This document shows positions 1 through 9,947 of a DNA stretch of 59,585 nt, one piece after another; positions within the stretch are counted from its first letter, which is position 1; every line of letters starts with the position of its first letter. The stretch lies in the NCBI GenBank assembly GCA_944332525.1, contig CALVKD010000001.1, forward strand, positions 115,841-175,425, given 5' to 3'. The DNA comes from an uncultured Bacilli bacterium. GTDB taxonomy: Bacteria; Bacillota_I; Bacilli_A; RFN20; CAG-449. Under the pieces are notes generated by a model, which was not told the DNA's origin, made no database searches, and was given only the letters and a program-made list of their open reading frames with translations. The translations under genes were made by a program, and so were the position numbers.

Positions 1-425
1 AAACGCTCACGAGAATAATCAAGAGATAACCCCATAACCGACCATTGTGAGTGAATGGTTTCAGCGTATTCTTTTTTCCATTCCCAAGCCTTTTCCAAAA
101 ATTTTTCTCTTCCTAAATCATAACGGGAAATCCCTTGTTCGCGAAGTCTGGCCTCAACCTTAGCTTGCGTGGCAATTCCCGCGTGATCCATTCCTGGTAA
201 CCAAAGAACGTCATAGCCTTTTGCTCTCTTATAACGCGCGATAATATCTTGAACTGTAGTATTCCAAGCATGTCCAAGATGCAACATACCTGTTACATTT
301 GGAGGTGGAATTAACATTGAAAATTTTGTTTTTGTTTCGTCGCCAGCTAAAAAATATCCCTTGTCCTTCCAAGTTTGATATTTGCCCTGTTCAACTTCAT
401 TATGGTCGTAATGAGTTTTTAGCAT
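1..425 (-). CDS. valS: Valyl-tRNA synthetase, N-terminal part (runs off the window edge)
   Basis: Not in the ORF track. Manual translation from ATG at 425 gives [16 protein letters not shown]...[15 protein letters not shown]...[13 protein letters not shown], the class I HIGH region of ValRS. GGAGG SD at 431-435. Confidence 0.97.
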   Translation of the reverse strand, partial: MLKTHYDHNEVEQGKYQTWKDKGYFLAGDETKTKFSMLIPPPNVTGMLHLGHAWNTTVQDIIARYKRAKGYDVLWLPGMDHAGIATQAKVEARLREQGISRYDLGREKFLEKAWEWKKEYAETIHSQWSVMGLSLDYSRER

Positions 426-442
426 AATTTCCTCCCAAAAAT

Positions 443-640
443 AAAAAAACATCCTCTAAAAGGACGTCGTTAACGCGGTACCACCTTTTTTCGGCCATCG
501 GCCGCTCTTAATTAATAACTTTAACGCAGTTAGCGAAGATTCCTCTTAGTCTCGATAGCGACATCCGCTAACCGCCTTATCTGCTTCCACCATCCAGACT
601 CTCTAGAAATTTTAGTTTCGCGGCCTCTATCTCATCGACG
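443..640 (-). promoter_or_regulatory. T-box riboswitch leader of valS
   Basis: Minus strand shows AGAGA and GGTGGAA stem I motifs, T-box AAGGTGGTACCGCG (~474-487), terminator CGTCCT-TTTAG-AGGATG plus U tract (443-466). Likely specifier GTC at 560-562. Promoter TTGATA-17-TATCAT just upstream. Confidence 0.92.
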
Positions 641-677
641 CTATAATGATACTTGGTTTTCTTTTGCCTATCAAGAC

Positions 678-710
678 AAAAAAGAAAAGTAGCCAAAGTT
701 TGGCTACTTT
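678..710 (-). terminator. Intrinsic terminator after engB
   Basis: Inverted repeat AAAGTAGCCAAA-G-TTTGGCTACTTT (686-710) overlapping the engB stop, followed by a U-rich tract on the minus strand. Confidence 0.65.
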
Positions 711-1276
711 AAGATATATTCATTTAATCTCTCTTGTAAAGAGTTAATTTGTTTTCGATTATTAACCGAAAAAAGTAAATAATCATTAATTTGATTTTTC
801 TCCGCCTCTTTCTTAATTTTGGCTAATTCGCTCTGCTTAAGTTTATCGCTTTTAGTAAAGATAATTAAATAAGGATAAGGAAGAGATTGAAGAAAATTAA
901 TTGTTTCTAGCTCATCACTAGCAATATCGCGACGCGAATCGATGAGGTAGCAAATTAAGCGCAATTCTTTATGATTAGTTAAATAACGCTGCATCATCAT
1001 TTCAAAATCATCTTGAGAATAGGCAATTCTCCGATATCCAAAACCCGGAGCATCAACCAAATAGAAGGTCTTATCGATAAGATAGTAATTGATTAACGTC
1101 GTATGACCAGGTGTTTGAGAAACATAGGCGAGATTTTTACGGTTAGTCAAAGCGTTGATTAAAGAAGATTTTCCAACATTAGACTTACCGATAAATAAAA
1201 CCTGCGGATAATCATAGAGATGTTCGCTAGTCGAAGACGATGAGATAATAAATTCAGCATTATTGAAATTAATCAT
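704..1276 (-). CDS. engB: Ribosome biogenesis GTP-binding protein EngB/YihA/YsxC
   Basis: G1 GKSNVGKS, G3 DAPG, G4 TKSD motifs; canonical position after lon. Confidence 0.95.
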   Translation of the reverse strand: MINFNNAEFIISSSSTSEHLYDYPQVLFIGKSNVGKSSLINALTNRKNLAYVSQTPGHTTLINYYLIDKTFYLVDAPGFGYRRIAYSQDDFEMMMQRYLTNHKELRLICYLIDSRRDIASDELETINFLQSLPYPYLIIFTKSDKLKQSELAKIKKEAEKNQINDYLLFSVNNRKQINSLQERLNEYILK

Positions 1277-3620
1277 TTTCGAGAGCCTCTTTCAATGCAT
1301 CATCAACTGAAGAAATTAATACAAATTTTAAATTCTTTAAAACGACCGGAGCTAAATCAGCTAAATTACGTTCATTTTCTTGAGGAATTAAAATTTTTGT
1401 AATTCCCGAGCGATAAGCCGCTAAGGTCTTTTCTTTTAATCCGCCAATTGCTAAAGCTTTACCTCTAAGAGTAACTTCACCTGTCATTGCTACATTTGAA
1501 AGAACCTTCTTATGCGAGCAAGCTGACACAATTGCAACTGTCATAGCAATACCTGCCGAAGGGCCATCTTTTGGAACAGCGCCTTCTGGAACATGGATAT
1601 GGATATCATTTTCCAAGAAAAGTTTTGGATCGATATTATAACGAGCTGCATTGGCTTTGACATAGTCAAGAGCAATAGTTGCCGATTCTTTCATAACATT
1701 GCCTAAATTACCGGTTAAAACTAAACCGCCTTTTCCAGCAAAATAATTAACTTCAATCGGTAAAATATCACCGCCAACTTGAGTATAAGCTAAACCTGTT
1801 ACGACACCGACTTGGTTTTCTTTTTCTTTTAGTGATACATCGAATATTTCTGTTCCGAGATATTCTTTTACCTTTGGAATATCGACTATAACAATCTTAT
1901 CCAAAGAATTATTCTTTAACATATCGACTAATGCCTTACGGATGATTGTTCCGATTTTTCTTTCAAGTTCACGAACACCAGATTCTCTAGTGTAGTAATC
2001 CATGATGTAGTAAAGAGCTTCATCAGTAAAGATAATATGGCTTGGATCAATACCGTTTTGAGCGCATTCTTTCTTAATCAAATGTTCGACGGCAATATGA
2101 TACTTCTCTTCATTTGTATAGGTATTTAACTCAATTAATTCAAGTCTGTCGCGTAATGCGGCTGGAATATTATCGAGATAATTTGCGGTAGCAATAAAGA
2201 GAACTTTGCTTAAATCATATGGTTCTTCAAGATAATTATCTTGGAAGAATGAATTTTGCTCAGGATCGAGAACTTCAAGCATTGCCGAAGCAGGATCGCC
2301 GTGGATATTGCTTGTCATCTTATCGATTTCATCAAGTAAGAAAACTGGATTAACCACACCGGCTTTTTGCATACCTTTAATAATCTTACCAGGCATTGAA
2401 GCAACATAAGTTCTACGATGGCCGCGTATCTCAGCTTCATCGCTTGTTCCACCTAATGATGCCTTAACAAATTTTCTATTTAAAGCACGGGCTACAGATT
2501 TAGCTAAAGAAGTTTTACCAGTTCCTGGAGGTCCATAAAGGCAAAGAATTGGAGCTTTTAAGGAATTAGTTACGTTCTTAACAGCTAAATATTCCAAAAT
2601 TCTTTCTTTAACTTTTTCAAGGCCATAATGATCTTCATTTAAAACATCCTCAGCATGTTTAATGTCATTATTATCAATGCTTTCCTCATACCAAGGTACG
2701 CTCATCATCGTATCAATATATCCCTTGGCCATTGAATATTCCGCTGACGAAGTAGGTAATTGATTCAAGCGTTTAATTTCACTTTTTATTTTAGCCTTGA
2801 TATTTTCTGGATAAGGATTACTATCAAGTTTCTTTAGATAAGCTTCAACTGAATCACTATCTTCACTAGGATCTAGTTTATCTAGTTCATCTTCAATAGC
2901 TTTTAATTTTTCGCGAAGAATATATTCGCGTTGTTGCTTTTCGCTTTTAGTACGAATCGTATTATTGATGGATGCATTAATCTCATCTTCAATTTGACCT
3001 TTGCTTAATTCGTTAGAAATTGTAAGAAATCTTTGATTAAGCGAAGTCTCCTCAAGAAGAGCTTGTTTCATCTCAATCGGCAATTCGAGATAAAAACAAA
3101 TTTGGTTAGAAGCCTCTTCCATTCCAATTCCTTTTTGAAGTCGATAAATAACTGGGCGTGGAAGAAGGTTTGGGATTTGCGAATTACTAACGAGGTTTAA
3201 AACATTGAGATAGTTATTTTCAAGCGATTGATAATCTTCACCATTTTCTAATGGATAATCACTATATTCACAATCAAAGCAAGGTTTGTTTTGATATATA
3301 GAAGTGGATATTTCAGTACACTTTACCCTTTTTAAACCGGTAACGCGCATCCGATATGTTCCGTTAATATCTTTAGCTGATTCAATATGGCAGAGAGTAC
3401 CAACACGATAGATGTCATCAATTGTTGGCTCATTAATTGCAATATCCTTTTGAGTTACAACGACAATATCTCCATCAAATAAATCAAGGGCTTTATTCAT
3501 TGCAGCTAAAGAGAAAAGACGGCCGACATCTATTGATGCAATCGGCCCTGGGAACATTACTAATCCCCGCGTTATTAATAACGGGGATGATTTAACTGCA
3601 GTATTTTCTAAGTTAGGCAT
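1269..3620 (-). CDS. lon: ATP-dependent Lon protease
   Basis: Walker A GPPGTGKT, LLDEIDK, catalytic PKDGPSAG and IGGLKEK, N-terminal Lon domain. Confidence 0.98.
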   Translation of the reverse strand: MPNLENTAVKSSPLLITRGLVMFPGPIASIDVGRLFSLAAMNKALDLFDGDIVVVTQKDIAINEPTIDDIYRVGTLCHIESAKDINGTYRMRVTGLKRVKCTEISTSIYQNKPCFDCEYSDYPLENGEDYQSLENNYLNVLNLVSNSQIPNLLPRPVIYRLQKGIGMEEASNQICFYLELPIEMKQALLEETSLNQRFLTISNELSKGQIEDEINASINNTIRTKSEKQQREYILREKLKAIEDELDKLDPSEDSDSVEAYLKKLDSNPYPENIKAKIKSEIKRLNQLPTSSAEYSMAKGYIDTMMSVPWYEESIDNNDIKHAEDVLNEDHYGLEKVKERILEYLAVKNVTNSLKAPILCLYGPPGTGKTSLAKSVARALNRKFVKASLGGTSDEAEIRGHRRTYVASMPGKIIKGMQKAGVVNPVFLLDEIDKMTSNIHGDPASAMLEVLDPEQNSFFQDNYLEEPYDLSKVLFIATANYLDNIPAALRDRLELIELNTYTNEEKYHIAVEHLIKKECAQNGIDPSHIIFTDEALYYIMDYYTRESGVRELERKIGTIIRKALVDMLKNNSLDKIVIVDIPKVKEYLGTEIFDVSLKEKENQVGVVTGLAYTQVGGDILPIEVNYFAGKGGLVLTGNLGNVMKESATIALDYVKANAARYNIDPKLFLENDIHIHVPEGAVPKDGPSAGIAMTVAIVSACSHKKVLSNVAMTGEVTLRGKALAIGGLKEKTLAAYRSGITKILIPQENERNLADLAPVVLKNLKFVLISSVDDALKEALEND

Positions 3621-3667
3621 AGGGTTTTTCCTCCTTCCGACGAAAAGGAATAATACCTGCTATTATC

Positions 3668-4942
3668 CTAATCGTTGTTATTTGCAAGAATGAATTTAGT
3701 AAATAATTCTTGTCTAATTTGTCTTAATAATTCGTTTTGTTGAGGTTCAAGAGCTTTTCTGATATCTTCAACTTTCATTGAATATGTCTTAGCGAATTCC
3801 TCATATTTATCATTAAGTGCTTTGCTATCGACAATAATATTTTCTTTACGGCAAATTTCATCGATAACTAAAGAAGTTTTAATGCTCTTTAAAGCTTCAG
3901 CCTTAATTTGGTCGTGATACTTTTCAAAGGTAAGGCCGCTGACATTTAAGAAGTCTTCAAATTTGAGTCCATTGGATTCAACTTGTTTTCTGACTCTGTC
4001 AATTTGAGCAGCTGTTTCATCTTCAACGATTGAATCAGAAATTTCAATAACTGCGTTTTCAACGCACTTATCAAGAATTTCATTAAGGCGAGCTTGTTCA
4101 TTGCTTTGAGTTTTTCTGTTCTTTAAATCTTCTTTAACATGAGCTCTTAATTCGTCAATTGTATTAACATCTTTATAGTTAAGTTCTTTGATAAAATCTT
4201 CATTTAATTCTGGAAGAACAACTTGCTTGACATCGTGACATTTGACGACAAATTTTGCATCCTTACCAGCTAATGATTCAACATAGTTAGCAGGGAAAGT
4301 AACATTGATAGTTCTTTCTTCACCAGCTTTAATACCAATTAAAGCATCTTCAAAGCCAGGGATAAAAGAATTAGAACCTAATTTAAGTTCATAGTTCTTA
4401 GCTTCTCCACCATCAAAAGGAATATCATTTACATAGCCTTTGAAATCAATAATTACAGTGTCACCAGACGCAGCTTCACCATCTTTGATTTCCATAGTAG
4501 CTTGTTGATTTCTTAATTTTTCGATTTCTTCATCGATTTCTTTTTCTGTTACTCTAATAGCTTTCTTAGCAACTTTAATTCCCTTATATTCACCTAAAGT
4601 GACGACTGGAGCTAAAGCAACTGTTACAAATGCTTCTAATTCGCTATCAGTGAGCTTTGTGATGCTTAATGCAGGTTGCGCGATTGGATTAAACTTTTCT
4701 TGCTCCATAACTTCGCGATATGCGGCATTAATTAAATTCATCAAAGCTTCATGCTTGACATCGCTTGGATTAATATGTCTCTTAGCGATATTTTCTGGTA
4801 CATTACCAACGCGGAATCCATCAACTTTAAGTTTAGCTTTCAATTTGTTGAATTCTTTATTTTGAGCTTTAGTCCATTCATCTTTGTCTGCAACAAAAGT
4901 GATAATGGCTTCAGCTGGTTTTCTTTCAATTTTCTTTTCCAT
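3668..4942 (-). CDS. tig: Trigger factor
   Basis: GFRxGxVP ribosome-binding signature and FKBP domain (FDGG...FIPGFED). Start moved to ATG 4942 (MEKKIE) because of the AAGGAG SD upstream. Confidence 0.95.
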   Translation of the reverse strand: MEKKIERKPAEAIITFVADKDEWTKAQNKEFNKLKAKLKVDGFRVGNVPENIAKRHINPSDVKHEALMNLINAAYREVMEQEKFNPIAQPALSITKLTDSELEAFVTVALAPVVTLGEYKGIKVAKKAIRVTEKEIDEEIEKLRNQQATMEIKDGEAASGDTVIIDFKGYVNDIPFDGGEAKNYELKLGSNSFIPGFEDALIGIKAGEERTINVTFPANYVESLAGKDAKFVVKCHDVKQVVLPELNEDFIKELNYKDVNTIDELRAHVKEDLKNRKTQSNEQARLNEILDKCVENAVIEISDSIVEDETAAQIDRVRKQVESNGLKFEDFLNVSGLTFEKYHDQIKAEALKSIKTSLVIDEICRKENIIVDSKALNDKYEEFAKTYSMKVEDIRKALEPQQNELLRQIRQELFTKFILANNND

Positions 4943-5051
4943 TTTAAAAATATACTCCTTCTTTAAAGCATAAACTATTTTACATAACAATGCTAACTAT
5001 AACAACAAAATCTTATAAAATTTTCTCTTTACATAGTAAAGTTACCTTCTC

Positions 5052-6152
5052 TCAGAGAGAGAAAGTTTTTAAAAAATTCCAAGCCGACAGGATAACATCA
5101 TCCATATCAAAATATTTATATTGCCCTAATCTGCCACCAAAGAATACTTTTTTCTCGGCTGCAGCAAGTTCTTTATATTTGTTAAATAACTGTGAATTTT
5201 TTTCATCATTAACCGGATAATATGGTTCGTCGCCCATTTCAAATTTTTTAGAATACTCTCTTGTTACAACTGTTTTTGGAGAAGTGCTATCGAATTCAAA
5301 ATGTTTGTGTTCTATAACTCTTGTATATGGAACATCATAATCGGTGTAATTAACAACCGCATTTCCTTGATAATTGGCACAGTCGAGAATTTCTGTTTGG
5401 AAATAGACAGTTCGATATTCTAGATGGCCTAATGAATAATTGAAATATTCGTCAATTGCGCCTGTATAGATGACATAATCATATTCTTCAAGATACTCTT
5501 TTTTTCTATTGAAGAAATTAGTTGATGTATGCACTTCAATTCCCGCTAGCATTTTTTCAATAATCTGTGTGTATCCACCAACAGGAATGCCTTGGTAACG
5601 ATCATTAAAATAATTATTATCAAAAGTAAATCTAACCGGAAGTCTCTTAATGATAAATGATGGTAATTCAGCACATGGTTTTCCCCATTGTTTAGCTGTG
5701 TAACCCTTAATTAGCTTTTCATAAATCGTCTTACCGACGAGATTAATCGCCTGCTCTTCAAGATTGGTGACTTGTTCTAAATGATAATTTTTCTTTTCTT
5801 CTTCAATTCTTTCTTTAGCTTCTTTCGGTGTTTTAACATTAAAAAGCTTTGAAAAAGTATTCATGTTAAAAGGCAAATTATATAGTTCATCTTTATAGAT
5901 AGCAATCGGTGAATTAATATAATTATTAAACTCAGCAAACTGATTTACATAATTCCAAACAGCTTTGTCAGAAGTATGGAAAATATGAGCGCCATAACGA
6001 TGGACATTAATATTTTCAATCTTCTCAGTATAAATGTTTCCACCGATATGATCTCTTTTTTCAATAATGGTTATTTGATATCCCTTCTTATTAAGTTCAT
6101 ACGCGCAAACCGCTCCAAATAAACCACTTCCGACTATTAATATTTTTTTCAT
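5052..6152 (-). CDS. glf: UDP-galactopyranose mutase
   Basis: GSGLFG FAD motif, HRYGAHIFHT, RYQGIP, EPYYP, GRLGQYKY. Start at MKKILIV (6152), just after the GT2 stop. Confidence 0.96.
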   Translation of the reverse strand: MKKILIVGSGLFGAVCAYELNKKGYQITIIEKRDHIGGNIYTEKIENINVHRYGAHIFHTSDKAVWNYVNQFAEFNNYINSPIAIYKDELYNLPFNMNTFSKLFNVKTPKEAKERIEEEKKNYHLEQVTNLEEQAINLVGKTIYEKLIKGYTAKQWGKPCAELPSFIIKRLPVRFTFDNNYFNDRYQGIPVGGYTQIIEKMLAGIEVHTSTNFFNRKKEYLEEYDYVIYTGAIDEYFNYSLGHLEYRTVYFQTEILDCANYQGNAVVNYTDYDVPYTRVIEHKHFEFDSTSPKTVVTREYSKKFEMGDEPYYPVNDEKNSQLFNKYKELAAAEKKVFFGGRLGQYKYFDMDDVILSAWNFLKTFSL

Positions 6153-6153
6153 A

Positions 6154-7182
6154 TTATCCCCATTTCGTAATTTTACAAACAATTTTGTAACCAGTCATTA
6201 CAGCAAAGCGTCTCAATGGCGGTATCAAAAGCATTGGGAAAGCGACTTGTGAACGATGGTATATTCTATTATACAATTTTTTGTTCTTGGTTTTAAACTC
6301 TTTTAAAAAAGCACTGTATGCCAATTTCTTTTCATTATTATATTCAGCATAGACAAAGCACATTGTTAAAAAAGAATATATTCCGAGCATATGGAGAAGA
6401 TATTTTCTCTGCTTTTTTTGCATTTTCTTGAAATCATCAAGTGTAAACATATTAATGCATAATTCACGCATAACCCGAAGTTGCTGATCATAGCGCGATG
6501 CCATGTTATGAAGATTGACAGATTGATCTGATCTACCGATAAAATAGCGATACAATGGCAATTTCATAAAGTACATTTTGCTTACGAATGCTAATGGTTT
6601 GAAAGCTAAGATGTTATCGACATAGAAGGTTTTTTCTAATAAACGAATTTTGCTTTTTCTCAATAAGTTTAAAGAATATGTCATAGCATGCATTAAAACA
6701 TATTGACCTGTCTTGAAGTGATGGACTTCATTCCATGAGAAAACTTTATTCACTGGGAAACGATGCGAATAATCCATTTCATATTGTTCGTTTAATGTTA
6801 CGTTCTCATAGACAAAATTAGTGAAATAAACATCGACATCAATATGCTTTTCGTAATTTTCTTTAATTTTGCTTAGATACGTTTGATAACTTGAAACATC
6901 GAGCCAATCATCAGAATCAACTACTTTAAAGTATAATCCTGTAGCATTATCTAAACCGGCATTAATTCCTGAACCATGTCCGCCATTTTCCTTATGAATT
7001 ACCTTCACAATGGAAGGGTATTTTTCTTTGTATTCATCGGCAATTTTTCCCGTATCATCAGTTGATCCGTCGTCAACAATAATGATTTCAACATCATCTC
7101 CGCCATGAAGAAGCGTATCAATACACTTTTTCATGTAAGCTTGTGAGTTATAGCACGGGACTACAAGTGTTAAATATTTCAT
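6154..7182 (-). CDS. GT2 family glycosyltransferase
   Basis: VVPCYN, VDDGSTD, NGGHG, VDSDD motifs. Confidence 0.92.
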   Translation of the reverse strand: MKYLTLVVPCYNSQAYMKKCIDTLLHGGDDVEIIIVDDGSTDDTGKIADEYKEKYPSIVKVIHKENGGHGSGINAGLDNATGLYFKVVDSDDWLDVSSYQTYLSKIKENYEKHIDVDVYFTNFVYENVTLNEQYEMDYSHRFPVNKVFSWNEVHHFKTGQYVLMHAMTYSLNLLRKSKIRLLEKTFYVDNILAFKPLAFVSKMYFMKLPLYRYFIGRSDQSVNLHNMASRYDQQLRVMRELCINMFTLDDFKKMQKKQRKYLLHMLGIYSFLTMCFVYAEYNNEKKLAYSAFLKEFKTKNKKLYNRIYHRSQVAFPMLLIPPLRRFAVMTGYKIVCKITKWG

Positions 7183-7261
7183 AGTATGACCTCACTATAT
7201 TTTGCTTATCATGGTAATAATACATATTTTTTTGATTAATACAATCAAAAAGCTTAGAAAA

Positions 7262-7277
7262 AAGAAAACGCTTTCTT
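7262..7277. promoter_or_regulatory. Possible LacI-family/cre-like operator upstream of GT2-glf
   Basis: Near-palindrome AAGAAAACGCTTTCTT with central CG. Confidence 0.3.
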
Positions 7278-7318
7278 AATTTATGCATTATTTAATACAA
7301 ACTAAGTTTTTAGACCAT

Positions 7319-9070
7319 TTATTTTATTTTTTTCTTCTTTGAACACTTTTCTAAATATTTTTGCTTTTCTTCCTCATACGAAAGACCTTTTTTTTCGCAA
7401 CGAATTTTCAATTGCTTTAAATAGTCTTCCTCCTCTTCTCTTTCAATGCGTTCTTGATCGAGACGAGCCCTAGTATCCGGATCAATCCAAACTTGGCCTC
7501 GACTTTCAACAAGCAATTTTTTTCTTAATAAAATTTCTTCATTTTCCTTTTTTATATTTTTTTCGACTGTCAAAAAGAAAAGAACGATGATGATTAAAGT
7601 AGATGTTATAATTTCAATACCTATCATTGTAAAATTAAAGAAATTGACAATGCCTTCACTTTGATTTAATGCAATGGTAAAAGTGCCATCAGCATTTTCT
7701 TTGATTGTTTGAATTTGTCCTTGATAAGCATTTTCAATTGCCGCTAGATCTTCAAGACTTCCAGCCGATAAAGGAACTTTATAGCCAATAGCCGTTATTC
7801 CCATATTTAAAACCGCATTGGAAATCATCGGGAAGATAGTAAAGATTATAGTGTATAACGACATAGAAAAACCATCACAGCGGAATCCACTTCTCCATTC
7901 GACATGGTCGAGGACATCACTAAATAACGCTAATATTATATATACGCATGGAACTGAGCCAATATTCTTTATAAATTGTCCAATCAGCACTACTGTTAAC
8001 CTAATAACGTACTGATTTTGCTGTTCTTTCCAAATATAGGGAACACAAAAAGTAATAACTGAGCCAATCGCATATAAAATGAAACCAGATAAAATCAATG
8101 TTCTTTTACTCATTTTTTTCTGTAATGGACCAATAAATAAGAGTCCTACAGCCATTGGAATACCTCCGATTATATTTAGTAAAGTCATGGTAATTCCATC
8201 AGAATACTCTTTTCCGATGACCCAATTGCAGTAATAGTTCATTGAAGCATTTCTTAGGCAACTTCCAAGATAGAACAGAATAAAATACGCCATCATCAAA
8301 AGCCAATACCGATCCTTAAATACTGCCTTTATCTGTTTTTTTAGGGGAATTCTATCTTCCACTAGTCCGAGTAAAATATTTTCTTCAGTGATTCTTTCTT
8401 TTGTAAAATAATACTCTAACATCGTAAAAGGAAACGCTAAAATAGAGCAAATAGAAAATACTAAAATCCATAAATTTTGACTGACGCCGATATTACTCAT
8501 AATAAGCGAAGGAAATACAAATCCACCAATGACACCGGTCGTAAACATGCTTGACATATTGGTAAACGTTGATAAAGTCGCGCGTTTTTGTGAGTTTCTC
8601 GTTGAAAGGGGAATCATTAAATTATGAGCATTTGAATATATTGCAAACCCAAAGGCATAATATAAATTATATGATATAGCTATCCAAATTAATTTAGCTA
8701 CTTCAGGTATATTGCTCGGGATAAAAACTAAGCAAATTCCTGTTATAGCGAGGAGAATCGCACCTAATAATAAATACGGACGACCTTTCCCGCGACTTGT
8801 TCTCGTTCTTTCAATAATTATACCGAAAAGGAAATTGGTAATCGCTACAACGATTGCCGAGAAAAGCGGCATCAAATAAAGAAAAGTACCACTTATTCCT
8901 AACACATCAGTATAATATGTGTTCAAGTAAGACGAAAAGATTGCATTAAGCAAAAACGCTCCAGCTGGTCCTAAAAAATAACCAATTATCATCTCCTTTA
9001 ATCCAACCCTCGGAGATTTGATTTGTGAATTAAAGATTTTGTTAACAAGAAATTTCTTTTTATTATTCAT
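7319..9070 (-). CDS. MFS transporter, glycoside-pentoside-hexuronide (MelB-like) family, with long charged C-terminal tail
   Basis: About 12 hydrophobic segments; YYTDVLG, ERTRTSRGKGRPY and DVLDHVEWRSGFRCDG motifs typical of GPH symporters. Confidence 0.88.
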   Translation of the reverse strand: MNNKKKFLVNKIFNSQIKSPRVGLKEMIIGYFLGPAGAFLLNAIFSSYLNTYYTDVLGISGTFLYLMPLFSAIVVAITNFLFGIIIERTRTSRGKGRPYLLLGAILLAITGICLVFIPSNIPEVAKLIWIAISYNLYYAFGFAIYSNAHNLMIPLSTRNSQKRATLSTFTNMSSMFTTGVIGGFVFPSLIMSNIGVSQNLWILVFSICSILAFPFTMLEYYFTKERITEENILLGLVEDRIPLKKQIKAVFKDRYWLLMMAYFILFYLGSCLRNASMNYYCNWVIGKEYSDGITMTLLNIIGGIPMAVGLLFIGPLQKKMSKRTLILSGFILYAIGSVITFCVPYIWKEQQNQYVIRLTVVLIGQFIKNIGSVPCVYIILALFSDVLDHVEWRSGFRCDGFSMSLYTIIFTIFPMISNAVLNMGITAIGYKVPLSAGSLEDLAAIENAYQGQIQTIKENADGTFTIALNQSEGIVNFFNFTMIGIEIITSTLIIIVLFFLTVEKNIKKENEEILLRKKLLVESRGQVWIDPDTRARLDQERIEREEEEDYLKQLKIRCEKKGLSYEEEKQKYLEKCSKKKKIK

Positions 9071-9947
9071 CTTCTTGTTCTCCTAAAATAAACTTAGCAA
9101 ACTCTTCACTCATTTCTAAAGCAGCTTTTTGATGTGAATTTTTAGGTTTGATAAAATCATAAGAACGCAAATAAATTTCAACAAAGCCATGAATTTGGTT
9201 TATTTCTTTAACGATATTAAAAACATGATGCGAATTTAACCTTTTGGAGAATTTATAAACATCACATTTTAGAAGATCCTTTTCACAAGCAACCAAAAAG
9301 GTCGGAGGAAATTTAGATAATGTTTCATCAGATACATATAGAGGTGAGCATAACGGATTTCTCATCATTTCTCTGCTTCCACCAGCATATTTATACGAAT
9401 ACTGTTTCATTACCGCATAAGAAAAATTGTGATATTGTGATTCTCTTTTTTCTGGAGAGATGTAATTATCTAAGCATGGATAATCAAGAATTAATTTATT
9501 AATATGAAAAGAACATTTCTTCTCCAATGTAAAAATGGTTACAGCCGCTGAAAGATTAGCTCCAGCCGAGTGTCCCATTATAATAATTTTATTTCTATCA
9601 ATTTCCGGGTATTTATTTATTATATATTCAACTTGATCGATTATCTCATAAATTTGCGATGGGCAACTAGCTTTATACGAAAGCGAATAGTCTGCAGAGA
9701 TAACATGCATTTTGGTTAATTTATTAAGCAAGACAATGTAATGATCTTCATCAAGTGATGTTCCATAAGCAAATCCACCACCATGAATGTTGATTATAAG
9801 TCCACCTTCACCTTTTTGATAAAGAAGATTTAATCCGGATTTTTTATAGTAATCCTCTTCAAAATGCGATAATAAGTTTTTGCGCTTTTTTCTTTTAAAA
9901 CATTCGCTGTCTTTAAATTTAGCATCAAACAAACGATAGCATATCAT
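9063..9947 (-). CDS. Alpha/beta hydrolase, HSL-family esterase
   Basis: HGGG oxyanion motif, GHSAG nucleophile, EKD and HGF triad positions. Confidence 0.88.
   Translation of the reverse strand: MICYRLFDAKFKDSECFKRKKRKNLLSHFEEDYYKKSGLNLLYQKGEGGLIINIHGGGFAYGTSLDEDHYIVLLNKLTKMHVISADYSLSYKASCPSQIYEIIDQVEYIINKYPEIDRNKIIIMGHSAGANLSAAVTIFTLEKKCSFHINKLILDYPCLDNYISPEKRESQYHNFSYAVMKQYSYKYAGGSREMMRNPLCSPLYVSDETLSKFPPTFLVACEKDLLKCDVYKFSKRLNSHHVFNIVKEINQIHGFVEIYLRSYDFIKPKNSHQKAALEMSEEFAKFILGEQEDE

Noticed and set aside
4943-4990. Longer tracked starts for tig, and likewise glf, cpsD, mutS2 and the YgjP-like gene
   Set aside because: SD or promoter positions and family N-termini favour the downstream ATGs.
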